Positions 11,300 to 24,115 are shown, counted from the first letter of the stretch. The stretch is DNA of 64,000 nucleotides from an uncultured Pelagibacteraceae bacterium (GCA_902623415.1 CACNTU010000002.1:10519-74518), one strand, 5' to 3'. Translations and numbers: made by a program. Notes: generated by a model not told the origin, from the letters alone.

Positions 11300-12673
11300 T
11301 TATAAAAAATAAGCCCCAACACCTAAAAAAGAAACAAAACCAATTACATCTGTAATTGTTGTCACAAATACACTTGAAGCAATCGCTGGATCTATATTCA
11401 TTTTTTTCAGAGTAAAAGGGACCAGTATACCAAATAATCCCGCTATAATCATTGTTAGTACCATTGATATTGCTATGATCAGTGAAAGGATACCGTCTTG
11501 AAACCATATCTGTACAATAAAAGCACTTATTACTGCAAATATAATTCCATTTAATATACCAATAGAAAATTCTTTTAATACATTTGATGAGAAATTATTT
11601 TGGGTTAAATCATTTGTAGCTATAGTTCTTACTGTAACTGCAAGTGTTTGCATTCCAGCATTTCCTCCCATTGAAGCTACAATAGGCATTAAGAAAGCTA
11701 ATACTACCATTTGTTCAATTGTTGCTCCAAATAAACTAATGCACCATGTAGCTAGAAAGGCAGTAAATAAATTAAGCAAAAGCCAATTAAATCTTCTCTT
11801 TGTTTTTTTTACAACTCCATCAGTAATCTCTTCATCTCCTACCCCTGCCAATCTCAAAGCATCTTCTTCGGCCTCCTCTTTCAAGACAGTTAAAACGTCA
11901 TCGTTCATAATCATACCAACTAATTTATTGTTTTTGTCTACAACAGCAGCTGAATTCAAATTGTAATTTTCAAATAAGTTAGCAACTTCCTCTTTATCCA
12001 TTTCAACAGGAATTAATAATTGAGATTCTGACATAATTGTTGCCATTTTAGTGTCTCGAGGTGTTGTTAAAACTCTAGATGAAGGAACAGTACCTATTGG
12101 TTTAAAATCCTCATTAACAATAAAAATTTCTAAAAACTCTTCTGGTAAATCTTTGTTTTCTCTTAAATAGTCAATTGTTTGACCTACAGACCAATTACTT
12201 GGTATAGCTGTAAATTCACGCTGCATAAGTCTTGCAGCGGTATCTTCTGGATAGCTTAAGCTTTCTAATAAGGCAAATCTATCCTTTGGTGGTAAAGAAC
12301 TTAGAATTGCATTTTTATCTTCTTCAGGAACATTTTCTAATATAGATATTGCATCGTCTGACTCGAGACCCTTTAAAATACTCACTATAGAGTCTGAGGA
12401 TAAATAAGTAATAATTTCTGATTGAATAGATTCATTTAATTCAACAAAAACGTCTGGATCAATATTAAAATTATTTAACTTAATTAAACTTTCTCTATCG
12501 CCTTCGCTAAGGTGTTCGATAATATCTGCAGCATCAGCAGGGTGCATTTCATTAAATGAATTAGTAATAAATTGAGCATCATTGTTAGCTATTTTGCTAG
12601 TAACAACTCTTATATATTCTTTATTAAACTCAAAATTTACTTTTTTATCTTTAGTTTTTTTAGTTAAAGACAT
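11300..12673 (-). CDS. mgtE: Magnesium transporter MgtE
   Basis: N-domain, CBS pair, GGNAGMQ and DPAIAS...TTITD transmembrane motifs. Confidence 0.95.
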   Translation of the reverse strand: MSLTKKTKDKKVNFEFNKEYIRVVTSKIANNDAQFITNSFNEMHPADAADIIEHLSEGDRESLIKLNNFNIDPDVFVELNESIQSEIITYLSSDSIVSILKGLESDDAISILENVPEEDKNAILSSLPPKDRFALLESLSYPEDTAARLMQREFTAIPSNWSVGQTIDYLRENKDLPEEFLEIFIVNEDFKPIGTVPSSRVLTTPRDTKMATIMSESQLLIPVEMDKEEVANLFENYNLNSAAVVDKNNKLVGMIMNDDVLTVLKEEAEEDALRLAGVGDEEITDGVVKKTKRRFNWLLLNLFTAFLATWCISLFGATIEQMVVLAFLMPIVASMGGNAGMQTLAVTVRTIATNDLTQNNFSSNVLKEFSIGILNGIIFAVISAFIVQIWFQDGILSLIIAISMVLTMIIAGLFGILVPFTLKKMNIDPAIASSVFVTTITDVIGFVSFLGVGAYFL

Positions 12674-12734
12674 AAATCTACCTATAATTTAGATTTGCAC
12701 TATTAATACATAAAAAAGATAATACAAATTATAA

Positions 12735-13352
12735 ATGAACATAGAAATCAAAAAGTCAATAAAACCAGTAAATTATTTTGATGCTATTAATATACTAGAG
12801 TCAAGATTAAAGGATTTATATGAAAATAATGAGCAAGAACTAATTTGGATCTTGGAGCATAATGAAGTTTTTACAGGTGGAACTTCTTATAAAGAGAATG
12901 AGATTATTGATAAATCCATAAAAATATTAGAAACTAACAGAGGTGGTAAAATTACTTACCATGGACCAGGTCAATTGATTTGTTATTTTGTTTTAGATTT
13001 AAGGAAAAAAAAAGATATCAGAAAATTTATAACAATTATCGAAAAAACAATAATTGAAACTTTAAAATTTTATAAAATAGAAACTTTTCCAGATAAAGAT
13101 AATATTGGTATTTGGCATAAATATAATAATGAGGTTAAAAAAATTGCTGCAATAGGTATCCGGGTTAGTAAATGGATTGCCTATCATGGTTTTGCAATAA
13201 ATATAAATAATGATCTAGAAAATTATAAGAAAATTATACCATGTGGTATTTCAGATAAAGGAGTAACTAATTTAAAAAATATTCTTGATCAGGATTATTC
13301 AAATCTAAGTGATATATTAATTCAAAATTTTATTTCAAATTTGAAAACCTAA
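12735..13352 (+). CDS. lipB: Octanoyltransferase LipB
   Basis: [31 protein letters not shown]. Confidence 0.96.
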   Translation: MNIEIKKSIKPVNYFDAINILESRLKDLYENNEQELIWILEHNEVFTGGTSYKENEIIDKSIKILETNRGGKITYHGPGQLICYFVLDLRKKKDIRKFITIIEKTIIETLKFYKIETFPDKDNIGIWHKYNNEVKKIAAIGIRVSKWIAYHGFAININNDLENYKKIIPCGISDKGVTNLKNILDQDYSNLSDILIQNFISNLKT

Positions 13353-14247
13353 GTCTTTTAGATTTTAAAAGTTTTTTAAAATAATCAGGTAACAATGCTG
13401 AATAAGTATGTTTTATGTCATTAATTTTAAATTTAATTTGATATGAATGTAGCATCAAATTTTTATTAACTCCTTTATTAGAATTTGATAATTTATATTT
13501 TTTATCTCCAAATATAGGATTTCCAATTGCATATAATTGTTTTCTTAATTGATGTTTTCGTCCAGTAATAGGTTTTAATTCTAATAAACTTGCTTCAGAA
13601 TTTTTATCAATAACTGTGAAAATTGTTTTTGCTTTTTCAATTATTTTTTTATCACCGTCGTACCTAATTAAATCATAATCCCATACACCAGATTTTTTAT
13701 TAATTTCTCCTTGACATATAGCTAAATAAGTTTTGTGTACTTTTCTTAGTCTAAATAAAGAAGTAAGCAATTGAGCGCTCTCTCTATTTTTAGCCATAAT
13801 GAAAACTCCAGAAGTATCTTTATCTAATCTATGGACAGAATATGGTTTTGTTCCTTCAAAAATTTCACTTTTAGCAAAAATATCAACTAGATTTTTTTTT
13901 GATTTAGTTCCACCTTGAACCGATATGCCTGATGCTTTGTTTAAAACTACAAAATTGTCATTGTTGTCAATAATTTGATCTTCATTTGATTTTATAATTT
14001 CTTTTGATGGTAAAAACTTAATTTTTTTTTGTTGAATTGTTTCTTTAAATTCAATGTTGAATATATTTATTTCATCTTTCGTTTTTACTTTAAAAGAACT
14101 TTTAACTTTCTTTCTATTGAGTTTTATTTTTCCTGTTCTTAAGTATTTCTCCACAAGTCCTTGTGGAATTTTGCCAATTTTTAATCTTAACCATCTGTCT
14201 AAACGCATATCATTACACGTTGAATCAACGACGTAAGATTTCTTCAT
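13330..14247 (-). CDS. rluC: RluA/RluC family 23S rRNA pseudouridine synthase
   Basis: N-terminal S4 domain (RLDRWL), [17 protein letters not shown]. Confidence 0.85.
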   Translation of the reverse strand: MKKSYVVDSTCNDMRLDRWLRLKIGKIPQGLVEKYLRTGKIKLNRKKVKSSFKVKTKDEINIFNIEFKETIQQKKIKFLPSKEIIKSNEDQIIDNNDNFVVLNKASGISVQGGTKSKKNLVDIFAKSEIFEGTKPYSVHRLDKDTSGVFIMAKNRESAQLLTSLFRLRKVHKTYLAICQGEINKKSGVWDYDLIRYDGDKKIIEKAKTIFTVIDKNSEASLLELKPITGRKHQLRKQLYAIGNPIFGDKKYKLSNSNKGVNKNLMLHSYQIKFKINDIKHTYSALLPDYFKKLLKSKRLRFSNLK

Positions 14248-14257
14248 GATTTAAGAT

Positions 14258-14701
14258 TTAAGCTGTAACTTGTTTTTTCTCTTCCGTTTTAGGAGACTCT
14301 TTGGTTGCATCCTTTTTTGGCTTATCAACTCTTTTTGCTTCAACGTCTCTATCAACAAATTCAATTATTGCCATTGGAGCATTATCTCCATATCTAAATC
14401 CAGCTTTAATTATTCTTGTGTAACCACCTTTTCTATCTTGATATCTTTTAGAAAGTGTTTTTTTAACTTTATTAGCTGATTTAATATCTTGTAGTTTAGA
14501 AACTAACATTTTAGTTGTCTGTAAGGTTTCTTTTTTGCCTAATGTTATTATTTTGTCCGCCTGAGGTTTTAAAAATTTAGCTTTTGGCAAAGTAGTTTTG
14601 ATTTGCTCATACTTAATCAAAGAATTAAGCATATTCTTAAGTAAAGCTTTTCTGTGCTCTGATGTTCTATTTAATTTCTTATTTGCCAAACCATGTCTCA
14701 T
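14258..14701 (-). CDS. rplQ: 50S ribosomal protein L17
   Basis: MRHG...GGYTRIIK; operon position. Confidence 0.98.
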   Translation of the reverse strand: MRHGLANKKLNRTSEHRKALLKNMLNSLIKYEQIKTTLPKAKFLKPQADKIITLGKKETLQTTKMLVSKLQDIKSANKVKKTLSKRYQDRKGGYTRIIKAGFRYGDNAPMAIIEFVDRDVEAKRVDKPKKDATKESPKTEEKKQVTA

Positions 14702-15729
14702 TAAATTGCTTCCTCCAATTTCTTAGACATTTCTGCAATGTTGTCTGGTGGCCAATTAGGAATTTCCATTCCTAAATATAGAGACATACCTGTTAAAACT
14801 TCTTTAATTTCATTTAATGATTTTCTTCCAAAATTAGGTGTTCTTAACATTTCACCTTCAGATTTTTGAACAAGATCGCCAATATAAATTATATTATCAT
14901 TTTTTAAGCAGTTCATTGATCTAACTGACAACTCTAACTCATCTACTTTTCTTAGTAAGTTTTTGTTAAATTCAGGTTCAGTAGAAACTTCTTTTACAGG
15001 AGCTTCAACTGGCTCATCAAAGTTTACAAACATTTTAAGCTGATCTTGGAAAATTCTAGCTGAATAGGCTACAGCATCTTCAGCAGAAATTGATCCATTA
15101 GTTTCAACTTCCATTATTAATTTATCATAATCTAGTGCTTTACCTTCTCTAGCAGTACTTACTGAATATGAAACTTTTTTAACTGGACTATAAAGTGAGT
15201 CTATGGCAATAAGGCCTAATGGTGGCTCTTCAGGTTTATTTAGTTCTGCAGGAACATATCCCTTACCTGTATTAACATTCATCTCCATATGAAAAGTAGT
15301 ATTTTCATCTAGATTACAAATAACTAAATCAGGATTTAAAATCTCAACATCTGCAACAGGAGCTATATCTGAAGCTTTAATTTCTCCAGGTCCTTTTGTG
15401 TCTAAAATTAATTTTTTTGTACCTTCTGAATTGCTTTTTAATGCTAAAGATTTTACGTTTAAAACAATATCAGTTACATCTTCTCTAACACCTTTTATTG
15501 AAGTAAATTCATGTAAAACTCCATCAATTTGAATTGATGTTACAGCAGCTCCTCTTATAGATGATAATAAAATCCTTCTTAGAGAATTTCCTAAAGTTAA
15601 TCCATAACCTTTTTCTAAAGGCTCAGCTACAATTTTTGCATGTGTTAAGTCATCACTTATTTGAACATCTAATTTAGATGGCTTAATTAATGACTTCCAA
15701 TTTTTTACATTAACATTTTCGACTTCCAT
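14701..15729 (-). CDS. rpoA: RNA polymerase alpha subunit
   Basis: [31 protein letters not shown]. Confidence 0.98.
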   Translation of the reverse strand: MEVENVNVKNWKSLIKPSKLDVQISDDLTHAKIVAEPLEKGYGLTLGNSLRRILLSSIRGAAVTSIQIDGVLHEFTSIKGVREDVTDIVLNVKSLALKSNSEGTKKLILDTKGPGEIKASDIAPVADVEILNPDLVICNLDENTTFHMEMNVNTGKGYVPAELNKPEEPPLGLIAIDSLYSPVKKVSYSVSTAREGKALDYDKLIMEVETNGSISAEDAVAYSARIFQDQLKMFVNFDEPVEAPVKEVSTEPEFNKNLLRKVDELELSVRSMNCLKNDNIIYIGDLVQKSEGEMLRTPNFGRKSLNEIKEVLTGMSLYLGMEIPNWPPDNIAEMSKKLEEAI

Positions 15730-16178
15730 TAAACTCTCCTTTTCTTTGGTGGTCTAGTTCCATTATGAGGCATTGGTGTAGTGTCTTTAATTGACAAAAT
15801 TTTAAACCCTCTAGCTTGCAATGCTCTTAAAGCTGTTTCTCTTCCTGATCCAGGTCCTTTAACTTCAACGGACAAAGTTTTCATTCCATACTCCAGCGCT
15901 TTCGAAGCTGCAGCATCAGCTGCTATCTGTGCAGCGTAAGGAGTAGACTTTCTTGATCCCTTAAACCCTTTTTGTCCAGCAGATGCCCATGAAATTACAT
16001 TTCCATTTGTATCAGCAATAGAGATGATGGTATTATTAAATGTTGATTGCACATAAGCAATTCCATTTAAAATATTTTTTTTAACTTTCTTTTTTTTTGA
16101 GTAAGAACTTTTTACACTTTTCTTAGTAGACTTTTCTACCTTCTGATCTTTATTATCAACTTTATCAGTTTTAGCCAT
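15729..16178 (-). CDS. rpsK: 30S ribosomal protein S11
   Basis: [29 protein letters not shown]. Confidence 0.98.
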   Translation of the reverse strand: MAKTDKVDNKDQKVEKSTKKSVKSSYSKKKKVKKNILNGIAYVQSTFNNTIISIADTNGNVISWASAGQKGFKGSRKSTPYAAQIAADAAASKALEYGMKTLSVEVKGPGSGRETALRALQARGFKILSIKDTTPMPHNGTRPPKKRRV

Positions 16179-16180
16179 AA

Positions 16181-16564
16181 CTATTTTTTAGTTGGTGTTA
16201 ATTTTTTTCCAGCAATAGCAATTGCTTTTCCTTTTCTTGTTCTAGCATTACATCTAGTTCTTTGTCCTCTAACTGGTAATTTTTTTCTATGTCTTGTGCC
16301 TCTATAACAAGCTAGATCAATTAATCTTTTTATACTTAATGAATAATCTCTTCTTAAATCACCTTCTACTTTAAAGTTTTGATCAATGTACTCTCTAATT
16401 TTTAAAATCTCTTCATCTGTTAATTCATTTACTCTTTTAGCTCTTGGAATTTCTAAAGATGAACAAATTTGCTGTGAGAACTTATCACCAATTCCATAAA
16501 TATAAGTTAAACCTATATGAACAAGTTTATTCTGTGGAATGTTTATACCTGCGATACGAGCCAT
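16181..16564 (-). CDS. rpsM: 30S ribosomal protein S13
   Basis: [18 protein letters not shown]. Confidence 0.98.
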   Translation of the reverse strand: MARIAGINIPQNKLVHIGLTYIYGIGDKFSQQICSSLEIPRAKRVNELTDEEILKIREYIDQNFKVEGDLRRDYSLSIKRLIDLACYRGTRHRKKLPVRGQRTRCNARTRKGKAIAIAGKKLTPTKK

Positions 16565-16619
16565 AATTTTTGTGATAAATTGTGCCTTTTATATAAGAAG
16601 ATTAATCAAAGTCAACGTC

Positions 16620-17183
16620 TTATACATTGATAAAAGCGTCTATTTTCCTTGTTATTTCTTCAATTTCTAAGCTTCCATCAATCTCTTTAAAATTTGGATT
16701 CTCAGAGTAGAAATTTAGAACTGGTTGCGTTGTTTCCATGTATTTCACATACCTTGAAACTATCGTATGAGTATCATCATCAGACCTATTTTCTATAATT
16801 TTTCTCTTCTCAAGTCTTTTGAGAATTATTTCTTTATTTACGTTTAGAAATAAAATTAAATCTATGCTCTGATTTGAATTTTTTAGTAACGCTTCTAAAT
16901 TTTTAGCCTGACTTAATGATCGAGGATATCCATCAAATATTAATTTATTTTTTTTTTGAGGATCAGATATTAAATTTTCTATAAGTTTATTAACAATATC
17001 ATCACTTATAAATTTTCCATTCTTCATGTCATTGGTTATTGCTTTACCAATATCTGAATTTTTTTTGACTTCTTCTCTTAAAAGATCACCTGTTGAAATT
17101 TGAAAAGCATTTAATTTGTTTACAAGATATTTAGACTGAGTACCTTTTCCAGCACCAGGAGGTCCAAATAAAATTATATTCAC
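16620..17183 (-). CDS. adk: Adenylate kinase (short-LID form)
   Basis: GPPGAGKGTQ, DGYPR, RSDD; GTG start. Confidence 0.96.
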   Translation of the reverse strand: MNIILFGPPGAGKGTQSKYLVNKLNAFQISTGDLLREEVKKNSDIGKAITNDMKNGKFISDDIVNKLIENLISDPQKKNKLIFDGYPRSLSQAKNLEALLKNSNQSIDLILFLNVNKEIILKRLEKRKIIENRSDDDTHTIVSRYVKYMETTQPVLNFYSENPNFKEIDGSLEIEEITRKIDAFINV

Positions 17184-18464
17184 TTACTTACCAAATTTTG
17201 TTTTTTTTATTAGTTGTTCGTATTGTGAACTCATTAATCTTGTTTGTATTTGTGTTACAGTATCGATAGCTACTACAACAACAATCAATATAGATGCGCC
17301 ACCTAAATAAAAAGGTATTGGATAGTTTGCAATTAAAAATTCCGGCATCAAACAAACTAAAGTTAAATATAGAGCACCAATCGTAGTTAATTTTATAGAA
17401 ATATTTTCAATATACAACGCAGTACTTTCACCTGGTCTAATTCCTGGTACAAATCCACCATACTTTCTCAGATTCTCAGCAGTTTCTGTTGGATTGAATG
17501 TTATAGACGTATAAAAAAAAGTAAAAAATATTATTCCTGATGCATACAACAACATATAAAGAGGTTGTCCTTGAGTGAAATAAGAACTCAAGTTTAAAAA
17601 TGTTTCGTTATTAGAAAATGAAAAATTCGAAAATGTTACTGGTAGTAATAGAAGTGCAGAAGCAAAAATTGCCGGAATTACTCCAGCCTGATTTATTTTT
17701 AAAGGTAAATGTGATGATTCTCCTCCATACATTTTATTACCCATTTGTCTTTTAGGGTAATTAATTAAAATTTTTCTTAATGCTCTTTCCATAAAAACTA
17801 CAAAAAGAATTGTAACTATTAATAGAACAAATATTGCTAGGATCATAAAAGTTGAAACTGCACCCGTTCTACCTAGTTCAAAAGTTGTAACTAAAGCTCT
17901 TGGAATTTCAGCTACGATACCGGCAAAAATTATTAAGGATATTCCATTACCGATACCTCTTTGAGTAATTTGTTCACCTAACCACATTAAAAATATTGTT
18001 CCTGCAACAATAGTTGTAACAGTGGTTATTTTAAAAAAAGCTCCTGGATTGATTACTAGATCAGCAGATGACTCTAAACCAACAGATAAACCATATCCTT
18101 GAACTGTTGCAAGTAACACTGTTCCATATCTAGTAATTTGTGTAATTTTAGCTCTTCCTGTTTCACCTTGAGCTTTTAGATTTTTAAAATAGTCAGTAAC
18201 ACCAGTCAAAAGCTGAACTATAATTGCAGAAGAAATGTAAGGCATTATACCTAATGCAAATATCGCCATTCTACTAACTGCGCCTCCTGCAAAAACATTA
18301 AACATGCCTAATAATCCTTTTTGATTACCTTCCATCATGATTTTTAATTGTTCAGGATCTATACCTGGTAAAGGTACAAAAGTTCCAAATCTATAAACGG
18401 CTAATATTAAAATAGTAAATATAATTCTATTTCTTAAATCATTTGTTGATGATGATGCACTCAT
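17184..18464 (-). CDS. secY: Preprotein translocase SecY
   Basis: LGIMPYISSAII, GIGNGISLIIF, PGIRPG. Confidence 0.98.
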   Translation of the reverse strand: MSASSSTNDLRNRIIFTILILAVYRFGTFVPLPGIDPEQLKIMMEGNQKGLLGMFNVFAGGAVSRMAIFALGIMPYISSAIIVQLLTGVTDYFKNLKAQGETGRAKITQITRYGTVLLATVQGYGLSVGLESSADLVINPGAFFKITTVTTIVAGTIFLMWLGEQITQRGIGNGISLIIFAGIVAEIPRALVTTFELGRTGAVSTFMILAIFVLLIVTILFVVFMERALRKILINYPKRQMGNKMYGGESSHLPLKINQAGVIPAIFASALLLLPVTFSNFSFSNNETFLNLSSYFTQGQPLYMLLYASGIIFFTFFYTSITFNPTETAENLRKYGGFVPGIRPGESTALYIENISIKLTTIGALYLTLVCLMPEFLIANYPIPFYLGGASILIVVVVAIDTVTQIQTRLMSSQYEQLIKKTKFGK

Positions 18465-18473
18465 ATAAACAAA

Positions 18474-18926
18474 CTATTTTTTTAATTGAATAGATCCACC
18501 AATTTTTTCTAGTTTTTCTATTGCTGATTTAGAGGCAAGGTCAGCTTCAATATTAATTTTATTTTTTACTTCCCCAGATCCTAAAATTTTTAATTTTTTT
18601 GAGTTTTTATTTATTAGTTTAAGTTTTTTTAATAATTCAGTGTTTAATACTTCATTTGGATTGATATTTTTCTTATCTATATAAGATTGAATTTTATCCA
18701 GATTTAAAATTGCAACATTCTCTTTTGATATTGGATTAAAACCTCTTTTTGGAAGTCTTCTGTATAATGGCATTTGGCCACCTTCAAAACTTTTTATAGC
18801 TACACCAGATCTCGATTTTTGACCTTTTACACCTCTGCCTGATGTCTTTCCTTTACCCGAGCCAATTCCTCTTCCAACTCTTATTTTAGATTTATTGATT
18901 TTTTCTCTATTATTTAAAGTAATCAT
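18474..18926 (-). CDS. rplO: 50S ribosomal protein L15
   Basis: [21 protein letters not shown]. Confidence 0.98.
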   Translation of the reverse strand: MITLNNREKINKSKIRVGRGIGSGKGKTSGRGVKGQKSRSGVAIKSFEGGQMPLYRRLPKRGFNPISKENVAILNLDKIQSYIDKKNINPNEVLNTELLKKLKLINKNSKKLKILGSGEVKNKINIEADLASKSAIEKLEKIGGSIQLKK

Positions 18927-19441
18927 TATCCTCTTTTTTCAATTATTTCAGAAATTTTTTTATTTCTAATTGCTGATATTTGTTTTGGTGAACTTTGTTT
19001 CATTAATGCTTTCATTGTAGCTCTAATAACATTGTGTGCGTTAGAAGTTCCCATAGATTTTGCAACAATATCTTTTACTCCTAAAACTTCACACACTGCC
19101 CTAACTGGACCACCCGCAATAATACCTGTTCCTTTTGAAGCAGCTCTTAAAACTATTCTACCCGAGCCATCTTTTGCCTTAACATCATGATGAATCGTTC
19201 TGCCTTCTCTTAATGGTATATGAGTAAGTTTTCTTCTTGCCATCTCATTTGCTTTTTTTATAGCATCAGGTACTTGTTTAGCTTTTGCGTGAGCTATACC
19301 AATTTTACCTGCTTGATTTCCAACAACTACAAGCGCTGAAAATCCAAATCTTCTTCCACCTTTGACAACTTTAGTAATTCGATTTATGTGGACTAATTTT
19401 TCTAATATATCGTCTGTTTTTTTATCTTTTAAATTTTCCAT
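18926..19441 (-). CDS. rpsE: 30S ribosomal protein S5
   Basis: [19 protein letters not shown]. Confidence 0.98.
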   Translation of the reverse strand: MENLKDKKTDDILEKLVHINRITKVVKGGRRFGFSALVVVGNQAGKIGIAHAKAKQVPDAIKKANEMARRKLTHIPLREGRTIHHDVKAKDGSGRIVLRAASKGTGIIAGGPVRAVCEVLGVKDIVAKSMGTSNAHNVIRATMKALMKQSSPKQISAIRNKKISEIIEKRG

Positions 19442-19443
19442 AA

Positions 19444-19800
19444 TTAAAATTCCATTCCATTTTCTCTTAAAGTTTCTGCAAAAACTTTAATTCTACCGTG
19501 ATATTTGTAAGAACCTCTATCAAAGTAAATTTTAGTAATATTTTTCTCTTGAGCTTTTTTAGCTAATTTTTGAGCAACCAATTTAGATAGCTCAGTTTTA
19601 TTAACTTTGTCTACTGATCTAAGGTCTTTTTCTATAGATGAAGCTGATAACAAGGTTACTTTTTTTGTATCATCAATTATCTGAGCTGAAATATTTTTTG
19701 ATGATCTAGAGATACTTAATCTAAATCTATCTTTTGAAGCAACTTTTTTAACTTTATTACTAACTCTAAATCTTTTTCTTATACTAGTGTTTAATTTCAT
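19444..19800 (-). CDS. rplR: 50S ribosomal protein L18
   Basis: [18 protein letters not shown]. Confidence 0.97.
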   Translation of the reverse strand: MKLNTSIRKRFRVSNKVKKVASKDRFRLSISRSSKNISAQIIDDTKKVTLLSASSIEKDLRSVDKVNKTELSKLVAQKLAKKAQEKNITKIYFDRGSYKYHGRIKVFAETLRENGMEF

Positions 19801-20339
19801 TACTTTTTCTTACCCTCTTTTTTAAGAACATACTGTCCTTTTTCTCGAACACCTTTTCCTTTATATGGCTCGATTTTTCTTAATGTTTTGATTTTAGATG
19901 CAACTTCACCAACTAGCTGCTTGTCAGAGCCTGTAATTTTTAATGTTGTTTGTTTTTCTACGGCAATTTTAATGCCCTCTGGTATGTCAAAATTGATATC
20001 ATGACTATAACCCAATTGTAAGTTTAAATGATTTCCTTTTAACGCTGCTCTATAACCAACACCAACTAATTCTAAGGTTTTTTCATAACCTGTGCTGGAT
20101 CCAATAACAGCATTATTGATTAAACTTCTATTCATTCCCCAAAGTCTTTTTGAGTTTTGATCTACTTTTTTTGGTTTAATAGAAATTTCTTTACCCTCAA
20201 TTATGTCTAAATTAAACATATCTAGATCAACATTGATTGATTTTTTTCCTAGAGGTCCTTCTATATTTATAATATTTCCAGCTAAAGCAACTTTTACTTT
20301 TTCAGGGATTGATATGTTAATTTTTCCTATTTTAGACAT
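19800..20339 (-). CDS. rplF: 50S ribosomal protein L6
   Basis: MSKIGK, GVGYRA, EPYKGKG. Confidence 0.98.
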   Translation of the reverse strand: MSKIGKINISIPEKVKVALAGNIINIEGPLGKKSINVDLDMFNLDIIEGKEISIKPKKVDQNSKRLWGMNRSLINNAVIGSSTGYEKTLELVGVGYRAALKGNHLNLQLGYSHDINFDIPEGIKIAVEKQTTLKITGSDKQLVGEVASKIKTLRKIEPYKGKGVREKGQYVLKKEGKKK

Positions 20340-20734
20340 TAAAATACCTTACAAATTATTTCGCCACCAACTTTTTGTTTTCTTGCATCTATGTCTGTCA
20401 TTACTCCTTTTGGAGTTGAAACAATAGCAATTCCTAAACCATTATTTATTTTAGGTAAGCTATCAGCAGATGAAAAAATTCTTCTTCCAGGTTTTGACAC
20501 TCTTTCAAAAGCACTAATTACTGGATTACCTGAATGGTACTTAAGCTCTAATGATAAAATTGGTTTTTTATCCTCAGAAATTACTTTAAAATCTTTTATA
20601 AAACCCTCATTTTTAAGTATATCTGCAATTTTTGTTTTAAAATTAGATGAAGGTAATTCAACTTTTTTATGATTTCTGGCTTGAGCGTTCTTCACTCTTG
20701 CAATCATATCTCCTATCGGGTCACTTAAACTCAT
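20339..20734 (-). CDS. rpsH: 30S ribosomal protein S8
   Basis: DPIGDMI, SKPGRR, STPKGVMT. Confidence 0.98.
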   Translation of the reverse strand: MSLSDPIGDMIARVKNAQARNHKKVELPSSNFKTKIADILKNEGFIKDFKVISEDKKPILSLELKYHSGNPVISAFERVSKPGRRIFSSADSLPKINNGLGIAIVSTPKGVMTDIDARKQKVGGEIICKVF

Positions 20735-20745
20735 AATTTTCCTTT

Positions 20746-21051
20746 CTACCAGCTAGATTTAACTAAACCAGGTATCTTTCCTTGTAATCCTAATTGTCTT
20801 AATGCAATTCTTGAAATCTTTAATTTTCTGTAAACACCATGAGGTCTTCCAGTAATCTCGCATCTATTCATAACTCTTGTTTTAGCCGAGTTTCTTGGCA
20901 GTTTAGATAATTTTTGTTGCGCTTTAAATCTTTCTTCTAGTGGAATCTTTTTATCCATTACAATCTTCTTTAATGTTTGTCTTTTCTTATAAAGCCTATC
21001 TGAAAGCTTAATTCTTTTTTTATTTTTATTAACAGCGCTTAACTTTGCCAT
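20746..21051 (-). CDS. rpsN: 30S ribosomal protein S14
   Basis: NRCEITGRP, IPGLVKSSW. Confidence 0.98.
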   Translation of the reverse strand: MAKLSAVNKNKKRIKLSDRLYKKRQTLKKIVMDKKIPLEERFKAQQKLSKLPRNSAKTRVMNRCEITGRPHGVYRKLKISRIALRQLGLQGKIPGLVKSSW

Positions 21052-21053
21052 GT

Positions 21054-21608
21054 TTAATTATCTCCTTTTTTAATAAATGGAAAATTCATTTTTTCTAGTA
21101 ATGCAAAACTATGCTCTTTGTTGATTGCTTTTATAACTATTACTATATCTAAACCTCTAACTTTGTCTGCTCTATCAAAGCTTACTTCTGGAAAAATTAT
21201 ATGCTCTTTAATTCCAAATGTATAATTACCAAATTTATCAAAGCCTTTTGATGACAAACCTCTAAAATCTTTAATCCTTGGTAATGCTATATTCACCAAT
21301 CTATCTAAGAATTCATACATTCTATTTTTTCTTAATGTTACCTTTAAACCAGCATTTGATCCTTTTCTAGTTTTAAAATTAGCTACTGATTTTTTAAATT
21401 TTGTTGTAACTGGTTTTTGTCCAGTAATTTTAGCCATATCTTCTTCACATGATTTTATAATTTTAGAGTCTGTGGCATCTAAACCGAGACCCATATTTAA
21501 AACAATTTTTTCAATTCTTGGAGTCATGTAAATATTTTTAAAACCAAACTGTTCTTTTAATGCAGGCTGTATTTCTTTATTGAATATTTCTTTTAATCTT
21601 GGTGTCAT
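21054..21608 (-). CDS. rplE: 50S ribosomal protein L5
   Basis: ITGQKP, LPRIKDFRG, EHIIFPE. Confidence 0.98.
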   Translation of the reverse strand: MTPRLKEIFNKEIQPALKEQFGFKNIYMTPRIEKIVLNMGLGLDATDSKIIKSCEEDMAKITGQKPVTTKFKKSVANFKTRKGSNAGLKVTLRKNRMYEFLDRLVNIALPRIKDFRGLSSKGFDKFGNYTFGIKEHIIFPEVSFDRADKVRGLDIVIVIKAINKEHSFALLEKMNFPFIKKGDN

Positions 21609-21853
21609 TATTTTTTAGCCTCTTTTTTCTTAGCCGCTTTTTCATCAATTAGTTTTAAGTTAGAAATATGGATAAAGCTTTCCTTTGGAAAAATTCCACC
21701 TTTTTTCTCTTTTGTTGTTTTAACGTGTTTTTTAGCCATATTTATTTCTTTAACTTTAGCTCTGTTATTAACTCTATCAATTTCAATAACCTCACCTTCT
21801 TTTTTTTTATCTTTTCCAGTTAAAACTCTTACTTTCAAACCTTTTTTAATCAT
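21608..21853 (-). CDS. rplX: 50S ribosomal protein L24
   Basis: KOW motif VLTGKDK, IHISNL; between rplN and rplE. Confidence 0.95.
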   Translation of the reverse strand: MIKKGLKVRVLTGKDKKKEGEVIEIDRVNNRAKVKEINMAKKHVKTTKEKKGGIFPKESFIHISNLKLIDEKAAKKKEAKK

Positions 21854-22221
21854 TATAAAACCTCCGGTGCCAAAGAAATAATTTTCATTTGACCTCTGCT
21901 TCTTAATTCTCTTGTAACTGGACCAAAAATTCTTGTTCCCACTGGCTCGCCTTTGTCATCAACTAGGACAGCGGCATTATTATCAAATCTTACTTTAGAA
22001 CCATCATTTCTGTGAATTCCCTTTTTAACTCTCACAACTACAGCTTTATGGACAGATCCTTTTTTAACTTTCCCTTTAGGTATCGCCTCTTTAACTGCAA
22101 TTACAATTGTATCACCAATACTAGCGTATCTTCTTTTTGATCCACCTAGAACTTTAATGCACTCAATTCTTTTTGCACCAGTATTATCAGCTACTTGCAA
22201 TTCTGTTTGAACACCAATCAT
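21853..22221 (-). CDS. rplN: 50S ribosomal protein L14
   Basis: [23 protein letters not shown]. Confidence 0.98.
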   Translation of the reverse strand: MIGVQTELQVADNTGAKRIECIKVLGGSKRRYASIGDTIVIAVKEAIPKGKVKKGSVHKAVVVRVKKGIHRNDGSKVRFDNNAAVLVDDKGEPVGTRIFGPVTRELRSRGQMKIISLAPEVL

Positions 22222-22457
22222 TACTTTCTACTCTCCATAACTTGAAATTTTTTATTTTTAGAAAAAGGTTTGCTCTCAATAATTGAAACCTTATCACCAG
22301 TTTTGAACTTATTATTTTCATCATGGGCGTTATAGTTTTTTCTAACTCTAATTACTTTTTTTAGAACTGGGTGAGAATATTTACGTTCTACCATAACAGT
22401 AACTGTTTTATTTGGTTTATCGCTTATAACTACACCTGTAAGTATTTTTTTAGGCAT
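22221..22457 (-). CDS. rpsQ: 30S ribosomal protein S17
   Basis: GVVISDK, AHDENN. Confidence 0.97.
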   Translation of the reverse strand: MPKKILTGVVISDKPNKTVTVMVERKYSHPVLKKVIRVRKNYNAHDENNKFKTGDKVSIIESKPFSKNKKFQVMESRK

Positions 22458-22641
22458 TTGCTTTTCCTTTTAAAATTGTTTTTAATCTTGCTATTGTTTT
22501 TCTAGTTTCCCCAATCTTTGCTGGGTTTGTTACTTGTGAATTCATTTTTTGAAATCTGAAATTAAAAAGATCTTTTTTAAGCTTATTAATATTCTTCACA
22601 ATTTCGTCCTTTGATAATTTTTTAATTTCTTGTTTTTTCAT
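22450..22641 (-). CDS. rpmC: 50S ribosomal protein L29
   Basis: [16 protein letters not shown]. Confidence 0.96.
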   Translation of the reverse strand: MKKQEIKKLSKDEIVKNINKLKKDLFNFRFQKMNSQVTNPAKIGETRKTIARLKTILKGKANA

Positions 22642-23051
22642 TATGCAAATCTCTTAATTGTTTTAGTCTTTATAGGTAATTTTGCTGATGCTTTGTACAG
22701 TGCTTCTTTTGCAATTTGCTCCGAAACACCATCAACTTCAAATAATATTCGTCCTGGTTTTACTCTACATGCAAAGTACTCAGGTGAACCCTTTCCTTTA
22801 CCCATTCTGACTTCAATAGGTTTTTTTGAAACTGGTATATTTGGAAATATTCTTGTCCAAACTCTACCTTGTCTTTTCATATGTCTTGTTAAAGCTACTC
22901 TTGCAGCTTCAATCTGTTTTCCTGTAACTCTTTCAGGCTGTAAAGCTTTTAATGCGTAAGCACCATAATTAATAGTACTTGCTCTAGTAGCATTACCATG
23001 AATTCTACCTTTATGCGCTTTTCTCCACTTTGTTCTTACTGGTTGAAGCAT
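22641..23051 (-). CDS. rplP: 50S ribosomal protein L16
   Basis: [15 protein letters not shown]. Confidence 0.98.
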   Translation of the reverse strand: MLQPVRTKWRKAHKGRIHGNATRASTINYGAYALKALQPERVTGKQIEAARVALTRHMKRQGRVWTRIFPNIPVSKKPIEVRMGKGKGSPEYFACRVKPGRILFEVDGVSEQIAKEALYKASAKLPIKTKTIKRFA

Positions 23052-23731
23052 TATTGTTTACCTTCCTTTGGTGTTACCTTGTTTGTCTCTTGGCTAAATT
23101 CTCTAGCAAAAACTTCACCTTTATAAATCCAAACTTTAATACCAATAATTCCATATGTTGTAAGAGCCTCTGCCTCTGCATAATCTATATCAGCTCTTAA
23201 AGTATGTGATGGAATGCTTCCATCTCTTAACCACTCTGTTCTAGCTATTTCATTTCCACCAAGTCTTCCACTAACTGATACTTTAATTCCTTTTGCTCCT
23301 AGTCTAATACATGATTGCATTGCTCTTTTCATAGCTCTTCTATAAGAAATTCTTTTAACAAGCTGTTGAGCTATGTTTTCAGCTACTAAATAAGCATTTG
23401 TTTCAGGTTTTTTAACTTCTTTAATATTTAGATTAACTTCATTTGAAGTTAATTTTGAAAGATTGTTTTTAATTTTGTCTATATCACTTCCTTTTTTACC
23501 AATTACAAATCCTGGTCTAGAAGTATAAATTGTGACATAACACTTATTAGATGTTCTTTCGATCATAACCTTGGATACACCTGAATTAATTACATTTTTC
23601 TTGATATATTCCCTAATTTTAAAATCTTCGATTAGATAATTTCCAAAATCTTTTTTCTTAGCATACCATACAGAGTCCCAACCTCTGTTGACACCTAATC
23701 TAAAACCTACCGGATTAACTTTTTGTCCCAT
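23051..23731 (-). CDS. rpsC: 30S ribosomal protein S3
   Basis: [23 protein letters not shown]. Confidence 0.98.
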   Translation of the reverse strand: MGQKVNPVGFRLGVNRGWDSVWYAKKKDFGNYLIEDFKIREYIKKNVINSGVSKVMIERTSNKCYVTIYTSRPGFVIGKKGSDIDKIKNNLSKLTSNEVNLNIKEVKKPETNAYLVAENIAQQLVKRISYRRAMKRAMQSCIRLGAKGIKVSVSGRLGGNEIARTEWLRDGSIPSHTLRADIDYAEAEALTTYGIIGIKVWIYKGEVFAREFSQETNKVTPKEGKQ

Positions 23732-24113
23732 GTTTCTCCATTTGTTTTGCTTCTGATAAAATTATTGTAACAGTTGACCAAGGTTTTAATATTGGTGCTG
23801 CTCTTCCTTTGGCTCTTGGTCTAAATCTTTTCATAACTATTTTTTTTCCACAATATGCTTCTTTAACTATTAATTTATCAATATCGTATTGAAAATTATT
23901 TTCAGCATTGGCAACTGCAGAGCTAATTGTTTTTCTAACATCTCTAGTAACTCTTTTTTCTGAAAACTGTAAATCTCTAATTGCAACATCAACTTTTTTA
24001 CCAACGATACTTCTAAGTATTGGATTTAACTTTCTAACACTTGATCTAATACCGTTATTAACAGACTTCACTGTTTTTTCGTTAGATTTATCTATTTTCT
24101 TTTTCTTACCCAT
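23715..24113 (-). CDS. rplV: 50S ribosomal protein L22
   Basis: [17 protein letters not shown]. Confidence 0.97.
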   Translation of the reverse strand: MGKKKKIDKSNEKTVKSVNNGIRSSVRKLNPILRSIVGKKVDVAIRDLQFSEKRVTRDVRKTISSAVANAENNFQYDIDKLIVKEAYCGKKIVMKRFRPRAKGRAAPILKPWSTVTIILSEAKQMEKHGTKS

Positions 24114-24115
24114 AA